Source: Sinorhizobium meliloti (GTDB lineage Bacteria; Pseudomonadota; Alphaproteobacteria; Rhizobiales; Rhizobiaceae). Taken from it: 32,000 bases of DNA. Location of the stretch: contig NZ_JAGIOS010000003.1 of assembly GCF_017876815.1 (NCBI RefSeq), positions 1-32,000 of the forward strand, written 5' to 3'. The notes below the pieces were generated by a model. The model was not told where the DNA came from. It saw nothing but the letters and a program-made list of their open reading frames with translations, and searched no databases. Below are positions 1-8,790 of the stretch, piece after piece (the first letter of the stretch is position 1; every line of letters starts with the position of its first letter). The translations under genes were made by a program, and so were the position numbers.

Positions 1-270
1 TTCAACGCGGGCCGACACAGGCCCAGCCGCCACCGCCGCGCCGCGGCCCGCATCGAAAAACCTTCACCAGAGCCGACTTTCATCCCTCGCCTCGAAGGGA
101 GGCTAACGGCCGACTTATAATTCAAGCACAGATCTAACGAGACAATCGTCCCTCTACCGAAGTAATCGCCTGCAACAATGATTAGGAAGGCTTCTGACCG
201 TTGATCAGAAAGCACTTGGGCTATACGTTCGGCGCGCGAGTCATAAGTGCAAAATTGAAGAGGGACTATT

Positions 271-474
271 ATGCCTACTGGCACTGTTAAATTTTTCAAC
301 GACGACAAGGGATTCGGCTTCATCACGCCTGAGAATGGCGGAACTGACGTCTTCGTTCACGTGTCTGCCCTGCAGCGTGGCGGCTCGCTCAAAGAGGGTG
401 ACAAGGTCAGCTACGAGATCGGTCAAGATCGCAAGACCGGAAAGTCGAAGGCGGAAAACGTATCCGTGCTCTGA
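271..474 (+). CDS. cspA: Cold-shock protein (CspA family, single cold-shock domain)
   Basis: The 67-aa [36 protein letters not shown] carries the RNP1 (KGFGFI) and RNP2 (VFVHV) motifs. The 270 nt upstream have no convincing ORF, which fits the long leader usual for csp genes. Confidence 0.95.
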   Translation: MPTGTVKFFNDDKGFGFITPENGGTDVFVHVSALQRGGSLKEGDKVSYEIGQDRKTGKSKAENVSVL

Positions 475-544
475 TCGCTGGACGGCCTCGATTAGCCTGG
501 ATCCGAATCGAGCAGCGTAAAACGCTTTGCGTGTTTTCACCGTG

Positions 545-946
545 GCGCAGTCGCCGCGAACTGGGCGACCGGCGCATTAGTTCGTCTTTGCAATAAGGTC
601 GGTGGAACCCCTCCTCTCGGCGAAGCCCGCCCCGGATAACTGCGGTGACGGCCAAGCATTTTGATCTTGTCGGTGGCGGCGCGATCGACAAGTTTCTTGC
701 GGTTGCGTCGGGGCGGCTATCCGCCCAAACATGAGCGCGTTGTTCGAATTCGTGGCGTGGCTGCCCTTCCTTCCGGCCGTTTCCTGTTCCTCCACCAACG
801 CGGAATAGTAATGGCCCGGAGCAGATAGGCGCGCGTCGAAAAGCCTGGAGCAGCTTGTCATAGTCGATGTCGAAGCCGAGCGCCTTTAAGGCAAAGAGAT
901 TGGCGCCGTCGATGAGGAGCGCGATTCTCTCCCGCTGATCGAACAT
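545..946 (-). pseudogene. NYN/LabA-like (DUF88) domain gene, frameshifted and shortened
   Basis: From the ATG at 946 the frame reads MFDQRERIALLIDGANLFALKALGFDIDYDKLLQAF, a typical NYN-domain N-terminus. The expected continuation (..HYYSALVEEQE..) is in the frame of ORF 577..861. A later DELMRR-like piece is back in the first frame. The total span is too short for a roughly 190-aa family member. Confidence 0.55.
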
Positions 947-1210
947 GGCTGCCCTCTTCCCCGCACCGGCTGGGCTCCGGACTCGAGGCAATCAGCTTGC
1001 ACGGCGGTACAGTCTCCCGAGAAGTGTTGTACACGATGTTTGCACCACTTGCGCATAGTCCGTTCGGCATCCATCTCCCCGCCCGCGCCCCGCTGGCAGC
1101 CTGCCTTCGTGCTCGCTTGACGATGCGGCACACTCCCGTCTGCCTTCCCGAGCGCCTTTCTCGTTCCATCAATAAAAGCTAGTATTTCGTGCCTAGGTGT
1201 GGAAAGCGCG

Positions 1211-1968
1211 ATGACGAAGGGGCGCATCGAACGGCGACTTGCTGTCATTATGGCTACGGACATCGTCGGCTATTCGCGCCTGATGGAGGCCGACGAGGGG
1301 CGAACCCTCGATGCAATAAAGCGACTGCAGCCTCGATATTCTCTCCCAACATCGACGCACGCGGCGGCCGGATCGTCAAGCTCATGGAGGAAGGAGCCCT
1401 GGTCGCGTTCAACTCCGCAGTCGACGCTGTGGAGTGCGCGATATCGCTGCAAGAAGAACTGGCGCGTGATCAGGAGGAGCTACCGTCTGGCGAACGCATC
1501 GTCCTACGGATCGGCATCAATCTCGCCGATGTCGTCATCGAAGGAGACGATTTGCTGGGGGACGGCGTCTACGTCGCTGCTCGCCTCGAGGCATCGGCCG
1601 AGCCGGGAGGGATATGCATCGCCGATGCCGTGCATCGCCAGCTTGGCGGAAAGTGCCGGACCGCCTTCCTGGACGGAGGCGAGATATCCCTCAAGAATAT
1701 CGCCAGACCCGTTCACGTCTGGCATTCAGGTATACGCCAATAGCCGCGCCGTCGATGTCTTCGGCATCGGCGCGGACATTGATTGCGGTGTTGCCGTTCG
1801 AGAATCTCTGCAGCTCGCCGGATCAGACTTTTTTCAGCGACGGCATCACTGAGGACATCATCGGCGGCCTCCAATTTAGTTTCCGAGGTTCAGGTCGTTC
1901 AACGCTCGCCGATTCAAAGCAAGTCGTGCCGCTACGCCCGAAACGACGTCCTCTACGACCTCCTGTAG
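1211..1968 (+). pseudogene. Class III adenylate/guanylate cyclase gene, multiply frameshifted and 3'-truncated
   Basis: The gene is spread over several frames. The N-terminus RRLAVIMATDIVGYSRLMEADEGRTLDAIKRL is in frame 2 (ORF 1199..). The catalytic core ..IDARGGRIVKLMEEGALVAFNSAVDAVECAISLQ..LRIGINLADVV..GDGVYVAARLE..PGGICIADAV is in frame 1 (ORF 1189..1743). The post-cyclase linker LIAVLPFENL..DQTFFSDGITEDIIGGL is in frame 3 (ORF 1614..). The downstream TPR/regulatory part is absent and the convergent TetR gene overlaps the end. Confidence 0.7.
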
Positions 1969-2523
1969 TTCGGCCGGTGTCGCGCCGTCTCGCGCCTGGA
2001 TCGAGACGCCCTGCATGACCGCAGCCAGATGCCTGGCCAGGCGCTGCAAATCCTGCGGCTCGGCAAAGGGGCAGAGTGCGTTCGCGATCCTCTCGCGCAT
2101 GGCGTCGCGGCGTGCGGCGGCGACGCGCGCGAGCGCGGCGTTCTCCGGCTGACATTCGACGAGGCTGCCGGAAATCATGCAGCCACGCTCGCGATCGGGA
2201 TGGGTGACGGCCCTGACAGCTCCCTCCAGCAGGAGCCGCACCGCTTCCTCGAGCGTGCCAGCCGAGCCGACCACAGAAACATCCAGCGCTCCGAACGTCT
2301 CCTCGTAGCGGGCGAGCGCTTCCCGGTAGAGCCCGGCTTTGCTTCCGAACGCGGCATAAAGACTAGGGGGGGCAACCCCAATTGCCTTTGTCAGGTCGCC
2401 TACCGACACCCCTTCATAGCCGTGACGCCAGAACAGCCGCATGGCGATGTCGACTGCCTTGTCCCGATCGAAGCTCCACGGCCGGCCGCCACGAGATTTT
2501 GCACTCTGTTCCATAACGATCAC
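1876..2523 (-). CDS. TetR/AcrR family transcriptional regulator
   Basis: The N-terminal HTH is RGGRPWSFDRDKAVDIAMRLFWRHGYEGVSVGDLTKAIGVAPPSLYAAFGSKAGLY. The start is GTG at 2523 or ATG at 2514. The last ~20 codons run into the cyclase relic on the other strand, so the 3' end may be a fusion product. Confidence 0.88.
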   Translation of the reverse strand: MIVMEQSAKSRGGRPWSFDRDKAVDIAMRLFWRHGYEGVSVGDLTKAIGVAPPSLYAAFGSKAGLYREALARYEETFGALDVSVVGSAGTLEEAVRLLLEGAVRAVTHPDRERGCMISGSLVECQPENAALARVAAARRDAMRERIANALCPFAEPQDLQRLARHLAAVMQGVSIQARDGATPAELQEVVEDVVSGVAARLALNRRALNDLNLGN

Positions 2524-2582
2524 TAAACAACATCTTGACAGGTCTCGTCAAGGCCGATTGAATAACGACCACTAAACAACAT
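2518..2582. promoter_or_regulatory. Candidate TetR operator/promoter: 16-nt direct repeat flanking a CTTGAC-N7-GTCAAG palindrome
   Basis: GATCACTAAACAACAT (2518-2533) and GACCACTAAACAACAT (2567-2582) differ at one position. Between them lies a perfect inverted repeat, CTTGAC aggtctc GTCAAG (2534-2552), which also contains TTGACA. Confidence 0.35.
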
Positions 2583-2589
2583 GGAGTAA

Positions 2590-2982
2590 GCCCGGACCAC
2601 CACTTCGCACGATCTGGCCGAACGCACCGCCGCGACAGCCGATTTCCTCGCCGCCTGCTTTCACCAGCTGCCGGCACCGTCGGAGATGCAGCGCATGCTG
2701 GTTGTCAACGGCATGACGTCTCGCGCCGTGAACGAAGGCTTCGTCAGGACTGCGACAATCGATCTCGAACCGGTCTTTGCAGCCTATGCCGGTCCGATTC
2801 TGCTGACCCATGGTGTACACGATCGGCTGGTTCGAGTTGCGATGTCAGAACGCATCAAGGCCATTCACAAGAACAGCCGCCTCTCTCTCTACGACAACAG
2901 CGGACACAGCCCCTTCTACGAAGAGCCTGCACGTTACGGGCAAGAACTTGCTGCCTTTGTGAAGGCCGCGAACGGGGACTGA
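2590..2982 (+). pseudogene. Alpha/beta-hydrolase gene, 5'-truncated (C-terminal third only)
   Basis: The open frame reads ..DLAERTAATADFLAACF..PILLTHGVHDRLVRVAMSERI..LSLYDNSGHSPFYEEPARYGQELAAFV. This is the lid-to-catalytic-His end of an alpha/beta hydrolase. The nucleophile-elbow half is missing, and only ATG GAG TAA (2581-2589) lies upstream. Confidence 0.6.
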
Positions 2983-2985
2983 GCA

Positions 2986-3210
2986 GGCCTTGGCTCGCCA
3001 CGTGAACGTCCTGGAGCCCGAAATCGAGCAGCAGCACCCCGGCAACGAGGAAAAGGATCGAATAAGGCAACAGGCCGATCATAATACATGAGCAGAGCAT
3101 CAGCGTGAGTGCGACGCCGGTAACACGCTGGCCGAAGCGTTCGCCGGTCCAACGCCCCGCCCTCGTAGCGCCAAGAGCGCCCGCCGCTCCCGCCAATCCG
3201 AGCGACTGTG
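2986..3210 (-). pseudogene. MFS-transporter gene fragment (two C-terminal TM helices only)
   Basis: SLGLAGAAGALGATRAGRWTGERFGQRVTGVALTLMLCSCIMIGLLPYSILFLVAGVLLLDFGLQ reads like the last helices of a 12-TM MFS permease. Nothing upstream of it continues the protein. It abuts the hydrolase fragment tail-to-tail. Confidence 0.45.
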
Positions 3211-3545
3211 GCGGTCGGTCGGGGCCCTCTGTCGTTTGGCAGTTAATCGCAAGACTCCGGTCTGAGCGGAATCAAATAGTTGTCCCCGCACATAAAACGA
3301 GAGTTCGCATTTTGAAATTGAGATCGCGTGCGCATTGTGGCATTTAATTTGAGAACCGCCTTGATGAAGGCGTCGGCTGTCTTCGAAGGACAGGGCTCGT
3401 GAAGAACGGCTCTCTTCAATGCAGAGTCTCCAGGGCGGGGTCATGGTGGCCGCTTTGCGCCCCTATGTCAGTCATAGAGGCCGTCATCGTGCCTGCCTGA
3501 AAGAAGACATCACCCGGGCGGCGGCGTCCCATCGCCTGTGCGCCA

Positions 3546-4526
3546 CTAGCGGAAATACGCGGATCGCGAAAAGGCGATGATGGCCTCGCTGACCTCATGA
3601 GGTTTCTCCTGCGGTGCCCAGTGTCCGCAATCTGGTATCGTGAGGCTCTGCTTGAGATTGGGAACGAGGTCAGGCATCGCATCGATAATCTGCCGCATGC
3701 CCGGCATGCTCAAACCGACATCCTGCTCTCCCACCATATAGAGGGCAGGAACCTCGATCTTCAGGCCGCTGAGCGAGCGCTGAAGGTGCCAATTGGCATC
3801 GAGGTTGCGATAGTAGTTGAGCGCGCCTCTGAACCCGGTTCTCCTAAAGGAGTTGACGTACTGGGCGAGGTCCGCCTCACTCAACCAGCGCGGTAGCACG
3901 TCGGGAGTCGGCAGTGTTGGGAGCAACCCGGTATTCCGTGACACCATGTTGAACGGGTTTGGGGTACCGTCGCCTTCTCTTCGAGGTCCAGCCTCACGCG
4001 AGGCGGAGAACAGAATCTTGCGGAGCGTGGCGTCCACATTCCGATCAAGTTCAGCTTCCGCCACTCCCGGCTCCTGGAAATAGAGAGTGTAGAATAGTTC
4101 ATCGTCGGTCTGGGGAAAGAAGGTCGTGGGCGGCGCGGGAGGGGCGTCCATCATAGGAACACCTATCGCTACAACTCCTTTGAAGCGATCTGGCCGCAAG
4201 AGGGTTGCTTGCCAGGCAACTGTGCTGCCCCAGTCATTCCCAACGATGATTGCGTTCTCGCAGCTTAGCGCATCGAGCAGGCCCACCAAGTCCCCCACCA
4301 GATCAAACGTCGAATATCGAGTCACCTCGGCCGGACTGTCCGTCTCGCCATAGCCCCGCATATCAGGTGCAACAGCGTGAAAGCCCGCTGCTGCCAGCGC
4401 CGCAACCTGGTGTCTCCATGCGTAGGAGGTTTCCGGAAATCCGTGGGCGAAAAGGACGACTGGTCCTTCGCCCTGTTCCTCAATGTGAATGTTAAGACCG
4501 TTGACGGCCAGCTTGCGACACGGCAT
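3546..4526 (-). CDS. Epoxide-hydrolase-like alpha/beta hydrolase (Asp nucleophile)
   Basis: The 326-aa ORF has the HGFPETSYAWRHQ oxyanion motif (HGxP), the nucleophile elbow GNDWGS (Asp rather than Ser), and the C-terminal CGHWAPQEKP catalytic His region. Confidence 0.9.
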   Translation of the reverse strand: MPCRKLAVNGLNIHIEEQGEGPVVLFAHGFPETSYAWRHQVAALAAAGFHAVAPDMRGYGETDSPAEVTRYSTFDLVGDLVGLLDALSCENAIIVGNDWGSTVAWQATLLRPDRFKGVVAIGVPMMDAPPAPPTTFFPQTDDELFYTLYFQEPGVAEAELDRNVDATLRKILFSASREAGPRREGDGTPNPFNMVSRNTGLLPTLPTPDVLPRWLSEADLAQYVNSFRRTGFRGALNYYRNLDANWHLQRSLSGLKIEVPALYMVGEQDVGLSMPGMRQIIDAMPDLVPNLKQSLTIPDCGHWAPQEKPHEVSEAIIAFSRSAYFR

Positions 4527-4543
4527 GACGAACTCCCCTGTTG

Positions 4544-4593
4544 TTCCGAAACAATCTATGTTACAGAAAACGTGACGTCAAGTTTCCGAAACA
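4544..4593. promoter_or_regulatory. Direct repeat TTCCGAAACA x2 in the divergent hydrolase/Rrf2 intergenic region
   Basis: Exact 10-mers lie at 4544-4553 and 4584-4593, 40 bp apart, inside the 81-bp intergenic region. This is a candidate Rrf2 operator. Confidence 0.3.
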
Positions 4594-4607
4594 CGGCGAG
4601 TTACACA

Positions 4608-5015
4608 ATGTCCGACACCCGTCTTGCCCGAATGCTTCATGTTCTCGTTCATATGCATCTTCTTGGTGGCGGCGAGACCTCGGAGACGATTGCAAAGATG
4701 CTGAACACCAACCCGGTCGTTGTGCGCCGGACTATGGCCGCTCTCAAGGAAAAGGGCATTGTGAGGTCAGCAGGAGGACGAAGCGGGGGCTGGCGGATCG
4801 CGAAGGGAGCCGACGAGATCACGGTCGAGCAGGTCCACGATGCCCTGCAGACCGGATCAGCATTCTCAATTGCCCTTTCAAGGGACCACATTACCTGTCC
4901 CGTGGAAGGTGCGGTCAACACCTTCTTGGATCAGGCCATGGCAGATGCCGAGCGCGCCCTTCGGACACGCTTTGCAGGTACCACTATCCAGGATTTGGCT
5001 AATGCCTTCGTCTGA
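4608..5015 (+). CDS. Rrf2 family transcriptional regulator (no Cys cluster)
   Basis: MSDTRLARMLHVLVHMHLLGG..TSETIAKMLNTNPVVVRRTMAALKEKGIVRS is a typical Rrf2 winged HTH. There is only one Cys, so it is probably not an Fe-S sensor. The start is taken at ATG 4608; the longer ORF from 4377 is antisense to the hydrolase. Confidence 0.85.
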   Translation: MSDTRLARMLHVLVHMHLLGGGETSETIAKMLNTNPVVVRRTMAALKEKGIVRSAGGRSGGWRIAKGADEITVEQVHDALQTGSAFSIALSRDHITCPVEGAVNTFLDQAMADAERALRTRFAGTTIQDLANAFV

Positions 5016-5111
5016 GTTTGTCTCATAGTGGAATGTTGGCATCGGCGAGCTGCACGAAACATCCGTCTCGTTTGGCCGCTCCAACCCAATCTGTTTTAGG
5101 GACCGCCTTGC

Positions 5112-6173
5112 CTATGCTTCGACCGCTACACGGCCCAGGGGCTTGGAGCAGCAAGCGAGGATGAATCCTTCGTCCACGTCCTCATCCGTGATGCCGCCAT
5201 TGTGCACCATGTGGACCTGGCCTTCTGTCTTGCGCACCTTGCAGGTGCCGCAGATCCCCATCGAGCAGCCCGACGGGATCACCAGCCCTGCAGCCTTTGC
5301 CGCCGCCAGTATCGTGTCCGTCTCGCTGCATCTGGTCGTGACGCCGGAGAGGGCGAAGGCGATCTCGGCATGGTTCTGCTCATCGGGGATCACATCCTCG
5401 GGGACGTCTTCGGCATGCCCGGGCTCCGCCGTGAAGCTCTCCTGATGGTAGCGGCTCATATCGTAGCCAAGTCCGGCAAGCGCCTCGCGGACGGCCCGCA
5501 TAAAGGGCCCCGGACCGCAGCAGAACACTTCGCGCTCGAGATAATCCTGCGCCATCAGGCCGAGCATGATCTGATTGAACATGCCCCGGTAGCCGGTCCA
5601 GGGCCGGAACGGGTCTGGCTCTTCGACCACCCATTTCAGGTCGATGCCGACGATGCGCGACGCCATGAGTTCCATCCTGTCGCGCAGAATGATCTCGGAG
5701 GGTCGGCGCGCGCAATTGATGAAGACAATGTCCGGCTCGCGTCCGGAATCGTAGAGCCAGGTGGTCATCGCCACCATCGGGGTGATGCCCGAGCCGGCCG
5801 AGATGAACAGGTATTTATCAGCCGGGTGATGCACGATCGAGAATTTTCCCGCCGGCCCGATAGCCCTGATGCGCATGCCCTTATGTAGATTGTCCAGCAT
5901 CCACCGTGTGCCGGTGGACCCGTCCTGCGCTTTGACCGTGATCGTCAGTGCGGTTGGCCGCGAGGGTGCAGAAGAGATGGTATAGGTGCGATAGAGCGGT
6001 CCGCCCGGCGCGGGCAGTTCCAGAGTGACGAACTGCCCCGGATCATGGTTGAACAGCGCCCCGGAAGGACTTTGAAAGCTGAAGGTCACCACATTGGGAG
6101 CTTCCGGCGTGCGCGTGACGCATTCAAGCGGCTCGGCATCACTCCAGAAACTGAGCTGCTTGAACTGGGTCAT
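5112..6173 (-). CDS. Oxygenase reductase: FNR-type flavin/NAD domain fused to a C-terminal plant-type 2Fe-2S ferredoxin (GbcB/CntB-like)
   Basis: It has RTYTISS (RxYS FAD motif), the NAD-binding GSGITP, and a C-terminal CSMGICGTCKV..ILACC cluster. ATG 6173 lies 4 nt after the Rieske gene stop, so the two are probably co-translated. The track ORF extension to 6347 overlaps the Rieske gene. Confidence 0.9.
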   Translation of the reverse strand: MTQFKQLSFWSDAEPLECVTRTPEAPNVVTFSFQSPSGALFNHDPGQFVTLELPAPGGPLYRTYTISSAPSRPTALTITVKAQDGSTGTRWMLDNLHKGMRIRAIGPAGKFSIVHHPADKYLFISAGSGITPMVAMTTWLYDSGREPDIVFINCARRPSEIILRDRMELMASRIVGIDLKWVVEEPDPFRPWTGYRGMFNQIMLGLMAQDYLEREVFCCGPGPFMRAVREALAGLGYDMSRYHQESFTAEPGHAEDVPEDVIPDEQNHAEIAFALSGVTTRCSETDTILAAAKAAGLVIPSGCSMGICGTCKVRKTEGQVHMVHNGGITDEDVDEGFILACCSKPLGRVAVEA

Positions 6174-6177
6174 CTGC

Positions 6178-7443
<1,266 letters not shown>

Positions 7444-7502
7444 TCAGATCAATCATGCTTGCAAACCGGACCGTCTGGCAATAGCGTTAAATTTCACTTT
7501 GG

Positions 7503-7517
7503 ATTAGCTGAAATAAT
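7503..7517. promoter_or_regulatory. Candidate LysR box (ATTA-N7-TAAT, fits T-N11-A)
   Basis: ATTAGCTGAAATAAT lies in the divergent Rieske/LysR intergenic region. Confidence 0.3.
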
Positions 7518-7563
7518 CTCAAAGCCTACCCACTCCTGCGGGAGAACATATAACGGGACCCTT

Positions 7564-8442
7564 ATGCCACGCCCTTATGAATTCTCTTCGATGACCGCCC
7601 TCGTCTGCTTCGAGGCGGCGGCGCGAAATGCGAGCTTCAAGAAAGCCGCTCAAGAGCTGAATGTGACGCCGGCGGCGGTCAGCCACCAGATCAAAGCGCT
7701 GGAGATTGACCTTAAATGCAGCCTGTTCCTGCGCCACCACCGAGGTGTGGAACTGACCGAGAAGGGAGCGCTTCTGTTCATCGCAATTGAACGCGGATTC
7801 GAGACGATTTCGGAAGCCATTACCCAGATCCGCGAGCGCCCCGAAACCGTCGACGTGACCATCGGCGCGACCACGGCGTTCAGCTCACTCTGGCTCACAC
7901 CGAAGATTTCGGCCTTCTGGAAGATACATCCCTCCATCACCGTGTCACAGGTCGTTAGCGACGTGCCCGGAATGACCGGCCGCTGCGACTTGACGATCCA
8001 TTACGGCAACCCCCAGGAGAACGGTGTAGAATACAGGAAACTCTTTCAGGACCACATTATCGCGCTGGGAACGACACGATTTGCCGCCGAGTACCGGATC
8101 TCCCGGCTCGAGGCTCTGCTCAAAGCACCCTTGATCCATTCAAGCAGCAAGGAGACTGGCTGGACCAGCTGGCACGACTGGTTTGCCGCACTCGGATTTC
8201 CCGCCCCTAAGGGCCGCAGCTTTTACGTCAACAATTACATGATCGCGCTTCAGGCGGCTCAGGACGATGTTGGAGCAGTGCTGGGGTGGGACGGGCTCGT
8301 CGGAAGCCTCGTCAACGAAGGGCGGCTAGTCAAGCTCGTGCAAGAAAGCATTCCCTCACCTGTCGGCTTTCATCTGAGGATACATCGGCGCGCGACTGCA
8401 AAGGCGCGGCTGTTCGCGGATTGGCTTGCTACGAGCCCCTGA
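7564..8442 (+). CDS. LysR family transcriptional regulator (GcvA-like)
   Basis: The HTH is LVCFEAAARNASFKKAAQELNVTPAAVSHQIKALE, followed by a full-length substrate-binding domain. It is divergent from the Rieske operon. The start is ATG 7564. Confidence 0.9.
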   Translation: MPRPYEFSSMTALVCFEAAARNASFKKAAQELNVTPAAVSHQIKALEIDLKCSLFLRHHRGVELTEKGALLFIAIERGFETISEAITQIRERPETVDVTIGATTAFSSLWLTPKISAFWKIHPSITVSQVVSDVPGMTGRCDLTIHYGNPQENGVEYRKLFQDHIIALGTTRFAAEYRISRLEALLKAPLIHSSSKETGWTSWHDWFAALGFPAPKGRSFYVNNYMIALQAAQDDVGAVLGWDGLVGSLVNEGRLVKLVQESIPSPVGFHLRIHRRATAKARLFADWLATSP

Positions 8443-8790
8443 CGAGGGGGCAGTGCTCCTGCGAGCCGCCGAGCGTGACGACATTGCCCACACGTTCCAC
8501 TTACTGCGACCCAGCTTTCGTTGGGCTCCGGACCTGGGGCTGCCTTGGTTGATTATGCAATGGTTGACTGGCTGTTTTCGGGACGAAGCCCAATCGGCCT
8601 CAACGACTGGCGTGGGCGCGCAAAGCTGACGTCGCTGAGTGCTCCGTAAGTCTCAAGCCAGGCCGAACCTAGAACGCAGTTGCGGAGAACTCGGCGACCC
8701 GCGCAGCAGGACGCCAAGCTCCTCACAAACGAGTTCAAATGGACTGGGCGAGAGGTTCGCTCACAGCTATCAGACCGTGTGTGTTTCGGA

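Noticed and set aside
1-83. A possible minus-strand CDS start at the left edge (ATG at 83, reading MKVGSGEGFSMRAAARRW..).
   Set aside because: Only 27 codons are visible, the composition is Arg/Ala-rich and the SD is poor. It cannot be supported from this window.
1211-1968. Whether the cyclase-domain genes (here and at 18164-18573) could be nucleotide-second-messenger defence cyclases (Pycsar/CBASS-like).
   Set aside because: Both are broken relics. The first carries the ..AVLPFENL.. linker typical of ordinary rhizobial Cya-TPR paralogues, and neither has an adjacent effector gene.
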